NCBI GenBank assembly: GCA_036012755.1
Contig: DASCPX010000198.1
Span: 1-64,000, forward strand
Source: Myxococcota bacterium
Lineage (GTDB): Bacteria; Myxococcota_A; UBA796; CAJQPC01
DNA length: 64,000 nucleotides
Direction of reading: 5' to 3'
Under the pieces are notes generated by a model. It did no database searches, had not been told where the DNA came from, and saw nothing but the letters and a program-made list of their open reading frames with translations. Within the stretch, counting starts at the first letter, position 1. Every line of letters begins with the position of its first letter. The position numbers and the translations under genes are program-made. Below are positions 18,425 through 28,786 of this stretch, in pieces.

Positions 18425-19039
18425 ATGCTGCTGTTCGGCTTGCTGGCTTGCACAACAGAGCTCGAGGGTGACGACGTAGGTGAGTGCGAGGACGACCTCG
18501 ACAACGACAACGACGGCGCGTTGGACTGCGACGACATCGGCAAGAAGCTGGAGGGCTGGGACGGTGAGCGCTGGCTGGACGTTCGATCGGAGGCGGTCCG
18601 CGCGATCATGGCGGCTCGGCTGGACACGGCGGTGTCGAAGTCCTGTGACGGCGTCGAGCCCGACAACGTCGACGGCTACGTGAACAACTCGGGCTTCTCG
18701 CTGACCGAGTCCGTCCAGCTCGACTACAACAGCTTCCTCGCGACCGAAGCCCACACGCGCCGGCTGTCGGTGGGGCTGAAGAACGCTGTCGAGCTCGCCG
18801 GGACGCTGGAGCCCGAGTTCGACTGGGCGCTGAACGAGGAGTGCCTGACCTACTCGGAGTGCGGCGAGCTGGCCGGCTTCACGGCTGCTGGCAAGGCGGT
18901 CTTCCACACGGAATACGTCGACGACGTCTCCGACGGGGCGGCGAAGCAGGCAGAGGTCTGCGGCCAGGCGTCGATCGCAGAGTTCTCCACCTTGATCAAG
19001 ACCTGGGACCTGGACGCCTGGTACCTGAGCTGCTGGTGA
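18425..19039 (+). CDS. GH114 endo-alpha-1,4-polygalactosaminidase-like lipoprotein, internally deleted
   Basis: LEGWDGERWLD, CDGVEPDNVDGY, VGLKN, FDWALNEEC and GKAVFHTEY are present; the N-terminal part of the barrel is absent. Confidence 0.75.
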   Translation: MLLFGLLACTTELEGDDVGECEDDLDNDNDGALDCDDIGKKLEGWDGERWLDVRSEAVRAIMAARLDTAVSKSCDGVEPDNVDGYVNNSGFSLTESVQLDYNSFLATEAHTRRLSVGLKNAVELAGTLEPEFDWALNEECLTYSECGELAGFTAAGKAVFHTEYVDDVSDGAAKQAEVCGQASIAEFSTLIKTWDLDAWYLSCW

Positions 19040-19196
19040 TCAGAGGCTGAGCGTCCAGCCGGGCAGGAGCCCTGCCCAGCCCTTCTCCAGCACCTCGTCC
19101 CAGCGCTGGATCGCCGGCGAGGGGCGAAAACTCATGTAGGGCTCCCAGAGGTTCACGCTCTTGGCATCGGGCACCCGGTCCTCGATAGTGGTGCCG

Positions 19197-20243
19197 ATGC
19201 TGCTGCTGCTCTCCTGCACCGCCCCCACCGACTCTGCCGGCGTCGATGACAGCGCCGTGGTCGAGGAGAGCGCGTCGCCTGACGACAGCGCTGACAGCCA
19301 GGACACAGGCGAGCCCTCATGCGGCGTTGTCACCTTCTCCTCGGCTTCTGGCGAGGTCGACTACAGCTCCGCCTTCACCCTCGGCGAGCCGGTCACGCTG
19401 TCAGAGGACGGCACCCTGAGCTTCTGCGCCGGGACCTGGTTCGTGCTCTTGACCGTCGAGGCGACCGTCGAGGTCCTGGGCCTTGGCAGCGAGCCAGCAC
19501 GCACCGTGCTCTCCGGCGGCGAGAGCGGGACCGTCCTCGTCGTCGAGGGGGCCGATCTGAGTGTCGAGAACGTCACCGTGGACCGGGGCCTTGCTCGGGA
19601 GGAGGGCAACGCCGGCAGCGGCGCGGGCCTTCGCTGTCTCGAGGGCGGCACGGTCCGCGTCAGGGACGCCATCTTCTCCAACCACTCCGCCTACGACGGC
19701 GCTGGCATGTATGGCCGAGACGGGTGCTCGCTCGAGGTCGAGGACACGGTCTTTCGGGACAACGAGGTCACAGACGACGGCGGCGCCCTCCGCGTGCAGA
19801 AGAGCTCCGCGGTGCTCCGCAACGTGACCTTCGAGGACAACGAGGCAAGGGACGCCGGCGCGGTCATCCTGCAAGAGAGCGACGTGGTCATCGAGGGTGC
19901 CACCTTCAGGGGGAACCACGTCCGCGACACCCAGGGCGGGGCCATCCTCCACTACTGGGGCACCCTGTCCATCACGGACTCGGTCTTCGAAGGCAACGAC
20001 GCCAACGGCCGTGGCGGTGCGCTGTCGCTCTTCGGCGACACGACGGTGCGCTCGACGAGCTTCTCGGACAACCACACGGACTACGGCGGTGCGATCTACG
20101 TCTACACCACGGATGGGACCCTCACCTGCGAGGACTGCAGCTTCTCGGGCAACGAGCCCGACGACGTCGCGACCGATCTTGGGGGCTCGTACGACTACGA
20201 CGAAGCCAGCTTCGTCTGTGACGAATCCGGATGCACGCCCTGA
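19197..20243 (+). CDS. Lipoprotein with parallel beta-helix (Pmp-like GGA/FxxN repeats)
   Basis: MLLLLSC; repeated FxDN..GGA motifs. Confidence 0.85.
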   Translation: MLLLLSCTAPTDSAGVDDSAVVEESASPDDSADSQDTGEPSCGVVTFSSASGEVDYSSAFTLGEPVTLSEDGTLSFCAGTWFVLLTVEATVEVLGLGSEPARTVLSGGESGTVLVVEGADLSVENVTVDRGLAREEGNAGSGAGLRCLEGGTVRVRDAIFSNHSAYDGAGMYGRDGCSLEVEDTVFRDNEVTDDGGALRVQKSSAVLRNVTFEDNEARDAGAVILQESDVVIEGATFRGNHVRDTQGGAILHYWGTLSITDSVFEGNDANGRGGALSLFGDTTVRSTSFSDNHTDYGGAIYVYTTDGTLTCEDCSFSGNEPDDVATDLGGSYDYDEASFVCDESGCTP

Positions 20244-20314
20244 TACTGCCGAGGCGCTGCTGGTGAGCGCTGACTGGGATGGCGAGTCGCGGTCGGCCAC
20301 CGTGATCAAGAGCG

Positions 20315-21701
20315 TCAGCACTCCTCTTCCACCTCGTGGTTCCAGCAGTAGCTGGTGGCTTCTCCAGGTCGAACCTGGAGGTCCTTGGCATGGCGGCTGC
20401 CGTCCTCGCCAAGGAACTCGACCTCGCGACTGCCCGCGTCGACCTCGAAGGACACCGGCTTGCCGCCGGTGCGCCCGGTGCTCTCGCCGTCGATCCGGAT
20501 CGTGGACCAGGGGTGGGAGTGCAGCACCAGCGTGCCCCGCTCGGGCGCGACAGCCCCCCGCGGGTCCTTGCCCACGGGCTCCTCGATGGGCTCGGCGATG
20601 GGGTCGCCAGGGGGCTTTCCGATGTGGCCCTCGATGACCTCTGGGGGTTCGACCTCGAGGGGTTCGGCGATCTCGGGCGCTGCCTCCTCGACCGCGCTGT
20701 CGCTGGGGAAGGCCAGGCGCTTCACGGCGGCCAGCGCCAGCAGGATCAACAGCGTCATCGCCGCGCCGATGCGCCTCCGTCGGACGCGCTGATCGGAGAG
20801 GACCTCTTCGACGATCTCCTCTGCGGTGGGGTCGTCCGGCACGGCGGTCTCGGCCGGCGCTGGTGGCTCGACGAGGGCTCCCCAGTTCGCCGTCTCCCCG
20901 CCGCGGGGCCGGGCCGGGCGGTCTTCGATGAGCGCGGAGAGCTCCTCGACCACCTCTGCGAGCAGGAGTCGCCGCTCCGGATCGAGCTGGCGGCAGGCCC
21001 GGATGAGGGCGCCGAGGCGGCCCTCCAGCGCGACCTCGTCGTCCGGGTCGTTGCCCGTGGCCAGGAACTGCAGCACGCCGCCAAGGGCGTAGACGTCGAC
21101 GGCCCAGGTCAGGCGCCCACGAACGAACTGCTCGGGGGCGGCGTAGCCCTGCGTTCCGACCGGGCGGGTGCCCTCGAGCTTTCCCTGGCGGAGCTTGCGG
21201 CTGATGCCGAAGTCGGCCACCCGCAGCATGGGGAGGCCGCCCTCTTCGCCATGGACCAGCACGTTGGCGGGCTTGAGGTCCCTGTGCATCACGCCGCGCT
21301 CGTGGACCGCTGCGACCGCACGGGCGATTTGCAGTCCGAGGCGAGCCGCGTCCTGTTGGCCGTATGGACCGCGCTCTCGCAGGTGCTGGTCGAGATCGCC
21401 GCCGGGCAGGTACTCGGTGAGCAGCGCTGCCCAGCCCTCCCGCTTGAAGTCGTGGACGCCGAGGTAGCAGACGACGTGCTCTTCGGGCATCGAGCGGAGC
21501 TTGCCCGCCTCCTCCAGGAGTGCCGTGAAGGCCTCTGGGTCGCCGGCGTCGGTCTCGCGAACGACCTTCAGGGCGACACCCTCGTTGGTCTGTTCGTCCT
21601 GAGCGAGCCAGGTCACCCCGCCCAGCCCGCGGCCGAGCTCGCGGACCAGGCGATAGCGGCCGAGCACCAGCTCGTCGGGGGACAGACCTACCGTCGGACA
21701 T
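20315..21701 (-). CDS. Membrane Ser/Thr protein kinase with C-terminal PEGA-like domain; probable 1-nt insertion near the start (the intact frame begins at GTG 21667)
   Basis: LGRGLGG, VALK, HRDLKPAN, DFG, GTQGYAAPE, DVYALG, TM segment, SHPWSTIRIDG. Confidence 0.85.
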
Positions 21702-21745
21702 GGCCAGCGAGCTTAGCGCGTTAGCTGGGCCGACGGAGACCCCTG

Positions 21746-22117
21746 ATGCTCGATCTGCTGGCCCACAAGTGGCTCCATCTCTTCGGCCTGTTCATGGTCT
21801 GGACGGCCATCGGCGGCTCGGTCTTCCATGCGGCCAACGGCGGCACCAGGCAGACCAACACCAGGCGCAAGCTCCTCGGCATCACCCACGGCGTCGGCAT
21901 GTTCCTCATCCTCCTCGGAGGTTTCGGTGCGATGGCCAAGCTCGGCATCACGGATGGGCTCCCCGGGTGGATCCTCGCCAAGCTCGTCATCTGGGTCCTG
22001 ATCGGCGCGATGCTGCCGGCCTCGGAGCGCTTCCCGCAGCTCGGGCTCGCGATGTTCCTGGCCTTGCCGGTGATCGGCGGCCTCGGCGCGTATCTGGCCA
22101 TCTACCGGCCCCTGTAG
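21746..22117 (+). CDS. Small four-TM membrane protein (SirB-like)
   Basis: KWLHL, ITHGVG, PGWILAKL. Confidence 0.75.
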   Translation: MLDLLAHKWLHLFGLFMVWTAIGGSVFHAANGGTRQTNTRRKLLGITHGVGMFLILLGGFGAMAKLGITDGLPGWILAKLVIWVLIGAMLPASERFPQLGLAMFLALPVIGGLGAYLAIYRPL

Positions 22118-22133
22118 AGGGTATCTTCGGCCC

Positions 22134-22367
22134 GTGGTTCTGTTGGCGCTTGGGTTGGGCTGTGACGCGCTGTTCGGTGCCTCGGACAGCGAGGATCTCC
22201 TCTACGCCGACCAGGACGCCGACGGGGTGACGATCGACGAGGGCGTGGTGCCCGCCTGGTTCTTCGACTCCGACGGCGACGACTCCGACGGCGACGACTT
22301 CGGCGCGGGCGATGCGGTGCTGAGCTGCGCCGGTTCGCTGTACATCCTCTTCGGAGGCAGCCTGTGA
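22134..22367 (+). pseudogene. Internally collapsed paralog of the downstream MopE/FG-GAP lipoprotein
   Basis: Shares CDALFG, one WFFDxDGDxFG linker and the C-terminal (S/A)(L/V)Y(I/M)L(F/M)GGS with 22364..25048. Confidence 0.7.
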
Positions 22368-25048
22368 TTCTCGTTGCACTGGTCGCGTGTGACGCCCTCT
22401 TTGGGGGCGGTGAAGACGACGAACTGCGCTTCGCCGACCTCGACGCGGACGGCTGGAGCCTCGCGGAGGGTGACTGCGATGACGAAAACCCCGACGCCTA
22501 CCCCGAAAACGACGAGAGCTGCGACGCCATCGACAACGACTGCGACGGCGACATCGACGAGGAGACAGGCACCACCTGGACGATCGACGAGGACGGTGAC
22601 GGCTACGGCGACGACGCCACGGCGGTCATCAGCTGCGATCAGCCCCCCAACTACATCCCCACCGGGGGCGACTGCGACGATGAGGATCCGGACATCAGCC
22701 CCGGCGCCGAAGAGGTCTGCGACGAGGTCGACAACGACTGCGACCTCGACATCGACGAGGACGTCACGACGACCTGGTACGCGGACGCGGACGAGGACGG
22801 CTACGGCGACGCCGCGTACCCCGCGGTGGGCTGCGAGCAGCCCGTCGGCACAGTGGAAAACGACTACGACTGCGATGACGACAGCGCCGAGGTGAACCCG
22901 AGCGCCACGGATGTCTGCGACGAGATCGACAACGACTGCGATACGGACATCGACGAGGACCCCGACATCGTCCGCTACCGGGACGAGGACGAAGACGGCT
23001 ACGGGGACGAGGACGTCACCGTCCTCAGCTGCGAGACCCCCACTGGCTACGTGGACATCGGCGGGGACTGCGACGACACCGACGACACGCTGAACCCGGA
23101 CACGCCCTGGTACGCGGACACCGACTCCGACGGCTTCGGCGACCCTGACGTCGAGACCGCGATCTGCGAGGGGCCCAGCGGCTACGTCGGGGACTCCACG
23201 GACTGCGACGACGGCGACGGTACGGCCTATCCGGGGGCGACGGAGGTCTGCGACGGAGACCTCGAAGACTGCGACGGCAGCAGCGACGAGGGCGTGCTCT
23301 CCACCTTCTACAAGGACAAGGACAAAGACGGCTACGGCGACGCCGCCAAGAGCGTCGAGGACTGCTCGGCCCCCACTGGCTACGTCGACGACGACACGGA
23401 CTGTGACGACACCGACTCCGGCGTCCACCCGGGCGCATCAGAGACCTGCAACGGGGTGGACGACGACTGCGACTTCTCGACGGACGAGGGGGTCACGACG
23501 ACCTACTACATCGACAGCGACAGCGACGGCTACGGGACCTCGTCCACGACCACAGAGGACTGCTCCACCCCCTCTGGCTACTCGGACAACGACGACGACT
23601 GCGACGACTCCGACTCGGGGGTGAACCCCGGCGCCACAGAGACCTGCAACGACGGCATCGACCAGGACTGCGACGGCGGCCCGGGCAGCTGTGGCATCAA
23701 CGGCGAGCTCGACATGGGCGCCGGGGACTACCAGGCCCGCTGGATCGGCGACGGCAACGACGAGGCCGGCCAGGGCATCGCCATCGGGGACATCGACGAT
23801 GACGGCAACGACGACCTCGTGGTCGGCGCCTACTACCACTACATCACCTCATACGACGGCTGGGTGCACGGAGTCTACGGGCCGATCTCGACTGGAGGCA
23901 CGCTCTCCAGCGTGGCGGACGTGACCTGGGCCGGGGACTCGGGCAAGCAGGAGGGTGTCGGCTACGCGGTGGAGTTCGGTGACTTCGACGGGGACGGCGT
24001 CGACGACCTCGCGGTGGGTGGGCACACGGCCGCCTACGTTCTCTACGGCCCTGCTACGACTCCCTTCACGCTGAACTCCACCTACGCGGACGTTCGCTTC
24101 GCCGATGGGAGCACCAACAGCTTCTTCGGCGACTCGGTCGAGGTCGGCGACGTCGACGGGGACGGAAACGACGACCTCTTGATCAGCGCCTACGAGCAGA
24201 CCACCTCCTACTACCAGGAGGGGGCGGCATTTCTCTACCTGGGGAGCTCTCTGGCCAGCTACGAGGCCTTCTACGAGGGCGCTTCCTACGGAGACGACTT
24301 CGGCCGCGACATCGACATCGCGCCGGACACCGACGGCGACGGCTACGACGAACTCATCTTCGGCGCTCCAGAGAACGACACCTACGGCGCGGCCTATGGC
24401 GCCGCCTACATGGTGCTCGGGGCCACCGCTTTTTCCGACCTGACCATGAGCAACTCGAGCCTGGTCACAGACGCCTGGTTCCGCACCTCCTCGGCCTACG
24501 CCACCAGCCGCCTCGGCTACGGCGTGGGCGGGGTCGGGGACATCGACGGTGACGGCTACGGTGACGTCGCCATGGGGGCCTACTGGGCCGGCGGGACCGG
24601 CGGCACCGGCACGGATCCCTACGGTGGTCGCGTGGCCATCTTCCTGGGACCCGTGACAGGCAGCCACCTCTGGCACAACGGCGACATCATCGTGACCGGG
24701 GCCTACGGACAGCGCCTGGCGAGCTTCATCGACGGCGATGACGTCGACGGAGACGGGAACACGGATCTCCTCGTCGCCTCGGACCAGGCCTCCGACTTCA
24801 GCACCTACGCAGGCGGTGCCTGGGTCTTCTTCGGGCCGCTGAGCTCCGGGAGCTCGATCCCCACGACCGACGCCGACGTCTCCGTGGTTCCGGGCGCCAC
24901 CTACGACTACCTCGGCAACGACATGGTCGTCGGTGATCTCAACGCCGACGGCTACCCCGATCTGTTCGTGGGCGCTTCGGGTGACGACGTGAGCAGCAGC
25001 ACCTCCCGTGAAGGGGCCGTCTACATGCTGATGGGCGGCTCCTACTGA
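22364..25048 (+). CDS. Surface lipoprotein with MopE-type metal-binding repeats and an FG-GAP beta-propeller
   Basis: Six full and one partial DCDD..PxAxExCD..DxDCD repeats; multiple GDxDGDGxDDLxxGA repeats. Confidence 0.92.
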   Translation: MILVALVACDALFGGGEDDELRFADLDADGWSLAEGDCDDENPDAYPENDESCDAIDNDCDGDIDEETGTTWTIDEDGDGYGDDATAVISCDQPPNYIPTGGDCDDEDPDISPGAEEVCDEVDNDCDLDIDEDVTTTWYADADEDGYGDAAYPAVGCEQPVGTVENDYDCDDDSAEVNPSATDVCDEIDNDCDTDIDEDPDIVRYRDEDEDGYGDEDVTVLSCETPTGYVDIGGDCDDTDDTLNPDTPWYADTDSDGFGDPDVETAICEGPSGYVGDSTDCDDGDGTAYPGATEVCDGDLEDCDGSSDEGVLSTFYKDKDKDGYGDAAKSVEDCSAPTGYVDDDTDCDDTDSGVHPGASETCNGVDDDCDFSTDEGVTTTYYIDSDSDGYGTSSTTTEDCSTPSGYSDNDDDCDDSDSGVNPGATETCNDGIDQDCDGGPGSCGINGELDMGAGDYQARWIGDGNDEAGQGIAIGDIDDDGNDDLVVGAYYHYITSYDGWVHGVYGPISTGGTLSSVADVTWAGDSGKQEGVGYAVEFGDFDGDGVDDLAVGGHTAAYVLYGPATTPFTLNSTYADVRFADGSTNSFFGDSVEVGDVDGDGNDDLLISAYEQTTSYYQEGAAFLYLGSSLASYEAFYEGASYGDDFGRDIDIAPDTDGDGYDELIFGAPENDTYGAAYGAAYMVLGATAFSDLTMSNSSLVTDAWFRTSSAYATSRLGYGVGGVGDIDGDGYGDVAMGAYWAGGTGGTGTDPYGGRVAIFLGPVTGSHLWHNGDIIVTGAYGQRLASFIDGDDVDGDGNTDLLVASDQASDFSTYAGGAWVFFGPLSSGSSIPTTDADVSVVPGATYDYLGNDMVVGDLNADGYPDLFVGASGDDVSSSTSREGAVYMLMGGSY

Positions 25049-25710
25049 AGGAGCTTGGTCTCCACGGACTCGGCGACACAGGGACCGGGGCCGTGCTGGA
25101 GCAGGATCTTCCAGTCCGTGGCTGCCCGGACCTCCTCCTCGACGGTCTGGAGCTCCGGCTGCATCTCGACCTCGTCGATCTCCCCGTCGTCGCTGCGCTG
25201 CATCGCCACGATCTCCCTGTCGAGTTCGAAGGTCAGCGTGGAGACACCCTGGAGTCGCTGCATCGCGTTGGGCTGCAGGTCCAGGATCACGTAGGGGTGG
25301 CCCATGATGTCCATCTGCAGCCAGGCGTCCTCGACGTCGACGCTGTAGGCGAGCTCCTCTCCTTCTCCGGCGATGACGAGCTCGCCGGGTCGGGTCAAGA
25401 GGGCGGGGATTGTGGTGAGGTCGTCCTCCAAGCCAGGGAGGATGCCTCGCAGCACGGTCTCGTCACCCTCGACGGAGACCTCGAGCTCCCCGATGCCGAT
25501 GTCGGTGGCGCGTTGGGTCATGCGCTCGGACCATGCATCGGGACAGGACGACCTCAGGCGGATCTCGGCGTGCTCGCCGCTGGCTCGGCCGCCGATGAAG
25601 GTGAGCAGGCCGAGCAGGGCGGCCGCACCGGCGATGACGATGGCGAGGATCACTGGCGTGGCCAGCGCGAACATCCTCACCTTGCGTTCCTGGGGGCTCC
25701 GGCTGCGCAT
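25042..25710 (-). CDS. Single-TM protein resembling the SecD periplasmic P1 domain
   Basis: TM followed by R..DIGIGE..V..EG....LPG..D...LL.RPGEL and DVEDAW...GHPYV. Confidence 0.55.
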   Translation of the reverse strand: MRSRSPQERKVRMFALATPVILAIVIAGAAALLGLLTFIGGRASGEHAEIRLRSSCPDAWSERMTQRATDIGIGELEVSVEGDETVLRGILPGLEDDLTTIPALLTRPGELVIAGEGEELAYSVDVEDAWLQMDIMGHPYVILDLQPNAMQRLQGVSTLTFELDREIVAMQRSDDGEIDEVEMQPELQTVEEEVRAATDWKILLQHGPGPCVAESVETKLLQ

Positions 25711-25763
25711 GGCCGCGCGCCTAACGTGGGCTCTGGCGCTAAGCTCGCGCTGTTGGAGGCAGG

Positions 25764-26762
25764 ATGGCGTATTCGGTCACCCTGATCCCCGGTGATGGGA
25801 TCGGACCAGAGGTCACCGGCGCGACCCAAGAGGTCCTTCGCGCTGCCGGTGCGCCGATCGAGTGGGAGGTCGTCCAGGCGGGACAGGCGGCCTTCGACGC
25901 CACCGGAGAGCCTGTCCCGGCCGGGGTGTTCGCCTCGATCCGCCACAACCGGATCGCGCTGAAGGGGCCGCTCACCACACCCAAGGGCAAGGGCTTCCGC
26001 TCTGCGAACGTCACGATCCGCCAGGAGCTCTCGCTGTACACGGGGCTGCGGCCAGTGCGCTCCCTGCCCGGCATCGAGACGCCGTATTCCGACGTCGATC
26101 TGGTGGTCCTGCGCGAAAACACAGAGGACCTCTACGCGGGCATCGAGCACGAGATCCTGCCGGGCCACGTCATCTCGCTGAAGGTCTCGACGAGGGCCGC
26201 CGGCGAGCGGATCTCCCGCTGGGCCTTCGAGTACATGCGCTATCGCGGCCGCCGCAGGATCAGCTGCTCCGCGAAGCCGAACGTCTCGCCCCTGACCGAC
26301 GGCGCCTTCGTGGACGCCTTCCACTCGGTCGGCAGCGACTACCCCTTCATCGAGCAGGACAGCCTGCCCGTCGACAACCTCGCGATGCAGCTGGCCCAGG
26401 ACCCCACGGGCTTCGACGTGCTGCTCTTGCAGAACCTCTACGGCGACATCCTCTCCGACCTCTGCGCCGGGCTGGTCGGGGGGCTCGGCGTCGTGCCGGG
26501 CGCCAACGTCGGGGACCGCATCGCTGTCTTCGAGGCGGTCCACGGCACCGCGCCGGACATCGCCGGGCAGGGCGTCGCGAACCCGCTGGCGGTGCTGATG
26601 AGCGGGGTGATGATGCTGGAGTTCATGGGCGAGCAGAAGATCGCGGATCGCGTGACACAGGCGATCTGGCGGGTGCTCTCGTCCGGAAAGAGGCTCACCC
26701 GCGACCTCGGTGGAAGCGAGGGCACCGCCGGCTTCACCGCCGCGCTGATCGAGGAGCTGTGA
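25764..26762 (+). CDS. icd: Isocitrate/isopropylmalate dehydrogenase family, NAD-IDH-like (copy 1)
   Basis: [52 protein letters not shown]. Confidence 0.9.
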   Translation: MAYSVTLIPGDGIGPEVTGATQEVLRAAGAPIEWEVVQAGQAAFDATGEPVPAGVFASIRHNRIALKGPLTTPKGKGFRSANVTIRQELSLYTGLRPVRSLPGIETPYSDVDLVVLRENTEDLYAGIEHEILPGHVISLKVSTRAAGERISRWAFEYMRYRGRRRISCSAKPNVSPLTDGAFVDAFHSVGSDYPFIEQDSLPVDNLAMQLAQDPTGFDVLLLQNLYGDILSDLCAGLVGGLGVVPGANVGDRIAVFEAVHGTAPDIAGQGVANPLAVLMSGVMMLEFMGEQKIADRVTQAIWRVLSSGKRLTRDLGGSEGTAGFTAALIEEL

Positions 26763-27721
26763 TGCACGAGGTGACCCTGGTTCCTGGCGACTGGGTCGGT
26801 CCCGAGTGCGCCGAGGTCGTCCGGGACGTCCTCGCAGCGGCCGGCGTCGACATCCGGTGGGACGTCCACACCTCGAACGACGACGCCTTCTACGCGAGCG
26901 CTCGCCGGACCCGTCGCGTCCTGACGAACCGTCTCTCCGCCAGCCGCGTCCCGGGCAAGCTGCCGCGGAGCGTGGCTATCCGAAAGGAGCTGGGGCTCTG
27001 GGCCCAGCTGCGACACGTGCGGTCGCTGCCAGGCGTCCCTGCGCGCTTCTCGGACGTCGACGTGCTCGTGGTCCGCGAGACCAGCGAGGACGTCTACACC
27101 GGCTTCGAACACCAGACCGCCCCCGGCGTCTTCGAGTCGATCAAGCTCACCACGGAGGCCGCCTGTGAGCGCATCGCGCGCAAGGCCTTCTCCGTCGCCC
27201 GCGAGCGGGGGCGCCAGAAGGTCACCATCGTCCACAAGTCCAACATCATGAAGAAGGCCGACGGTCTCTTCCTGCGGACCGGGCAGCGGGTCGCCAGGGA
27301 CTTCCCGGACATCGAGTGTGACGAGGCCATCGTCGACGCTCTCTGCATGCGCCTGGTGCGCTGGCCGTCGTCCTTCGACGTGCTGCTCTGCGGGAACCTC
27401 TTCGGTGACATCGTCAGCGACCTCTGCGCCGGGCTCGCCGGCGGGATCTGCGTGGGCGGCAGCGTCAACGTCGGCGACGATGTGATGCTGTTTGCGAACC
27501 CCCACGGCAAGGCCCCCGAGCTGGTCGGCACCGGTCGCGCGAACCCCTTGCCCTCGCTGATGGTGGGCGTCGAACTGGTCGGCAGTCTCGGGCTGAACGA
27601 GACAGCGGATCGGCTGCGCCGAGCGATCCTGGCAGCCCTGGCAGCCGGCCTCCACACGGTCGATCACGGAGGATCCGACGGCCTCGTCGAGGTGCGCGAC
27701 GCCGTGGTGAGCCGGCTGTAA
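26762..27721 (+). CDS. Isocitrate dehydrogenase family paralog (copy 2, partly degenerate)
   Basis: [53 protein letters not shown] coupling. Confidence 0.88.
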   Translation: MHEVTLVPGDWVGPECAEVVRDVLAAAGVDIRWDVHTSNDDAFYASARRTRRVLTNRLSASRVPGKLPRSVAIRKELGLWAQLRHVRSLPGVPARFSDVDVLVVRETSEDVYTGFEHQTAPGVFESIKLTTEAACERIARKAFSVARERGRQKVTIVHKSNIMKKADGLFLRTGQRVARDFPDIECDEAIVDALCMRLVRWPSSFDVLLCGNLFGDIVSDLCAGLAGGICVGGSVNVGDDVMLFANPHGKAPELVGTGRANPLPSLMVGVELVGSLGLNETADRLRRAILAALAAGLHTVDHGGSDGLVEVRDAVVSRL

Positions 27722-27731
27722 GCTGTCGCCC

Positions 27732-28319
27732 ATGTGGCCGCTGTTGCTTGGTTGTGCGCGCTGTCCAGAGGTCGTTCCGGTCACTGGCGAGGTCTCCGAG
27801 GCGGTCTCCGAGGCGGTCTCCGACTTCGGGGCTTGGACTGGCGGTGGGCGCGTCTGCCTGGACGAGGTCAGCGTGGCGCGCGGCGGCGAGGTGGAGCCTG
27901 CGGCCGAGCTGGGACGGCGTGACCTCGTGGTGAACGTCGATGGCCCCGGGTCCCTCCGCGATGCCACCTTTCATGGACTGTGCCATGCGCTCGATCGTGA
28001 AGAGAAGCTGTCGGAGAGCCTGGAGCTCGGGCTGGAGGTCCAGGGCATCGACGGCCACGACGACGAATACGGCGAGTCGGCCGAGGTCTTCGCTGTCCTG
28101 TGCGCCGATGGCCCCCTGCAGTTCATGTACCGGGCCGGGCTGGACGAGGAGTGCGACTACCTGGCGGGTCCCGTCCCGGTGGCGGTGGACGAAGCCGTGT
28201 ACCCGAATCCGCCGGACCTCTTGCTGGGGCGCCACGCATGGACGATCGCTCGACCCAGGGATGGAGGCGCCTGGCGCGCCGTCGACCTACGCTGGATGCC
28301 TCCCTCGGAGAGCACGTGA
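27732..28319 (+). CDS. Hypothetical lipoprotein with a degenerate zincin-like HGLCH motif
   Basis: [17 protein letters not shown]; short tandem repeat [11 protein letters not shown]. Confidence 0.65.
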   Translation: MWPLLLGCARCPEVVPVTGEVSEAVSEAVSDFGAWTGGGRVCLDEVSVARGGEVEPAAELGRRDLVVNVDGPGSLRDATFHGLCHALDREEKLSESLELGLEVQGIDGHDDEYGESAEVFAVLCADGPLQFMYRAGLDEECDYLAGPVPVAVDEAVYPNPPDLLLGRHAWTIARPRDGGAWRAVDLRWMPPSEST

Positions 28320-28780
28320 TCTGGTTGTTGGCCTGTACGAAGACGGTCCATGACTCCGGCCCGGTGGTGACCGAGTGCGGGCGACTGTCCGAGTATCCGG
28401 GCACCGCCTTCGACTTCGAGCCGGTCGAGTGGCCAGAGGGCCGCAGCCTGTACGGGCCGGAGCCTCCGGACCAGGTCCACGACGCGGGGCCGGAGTGGGA
28501 GACCTTCCTCGATGTCCACGGCCGCACTGATCCGGTGCCTGGGATGGACTGGGAGGGCAAGGACGTGCTGCTGTGGGTCGGCGGCTACCACGGCTGCGGG
28601 CGCCGAACCTACGACTGGCCCGAGGGCTTCGTCGTAGGCGACACCCGCACGGTCCTGGGCTTCTACGAAGAGGTCGAGGGTGACTGTCCCGACCTGCTCT
28701 GGGAGGAGGCCTGGGTCTTCATCGCCGACGAGGTCGAGGGAGCGCCAGAGGGCGACATCTGCTCGGAGCTGGCCGAGTAG
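28316..28780 (+). CDS. Hypothetical lipoprotein
   Basis: MIWLLAC; GTGA overlap with the upstream stop. Confidence 0.7.
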   Translation: MIWLLACTKTVHDSGPVVTECGRLSEYPGTAFDFEPVEWPEGRSLYGPEPPDQVHDAGPEWETFLDVHGRTDPVPGMDWEGKDVLLWVGGYHGCGRRTYDWPEGFVVGDTRTVLGFYEEVEGDCPDLLWEEAWVFIADEVEGAPEGDICSELAE

Positions 28781-28786
28781 GTCCGC

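Noticed and set aside
22364..23700. Repeat array resembling CRISPR or a DGR-type repeat
   Set aside because: The repeats are degenerate, in frame and encode MopE-type motifs. There are no fixed repeat-spacer units and no cas or RT genes.
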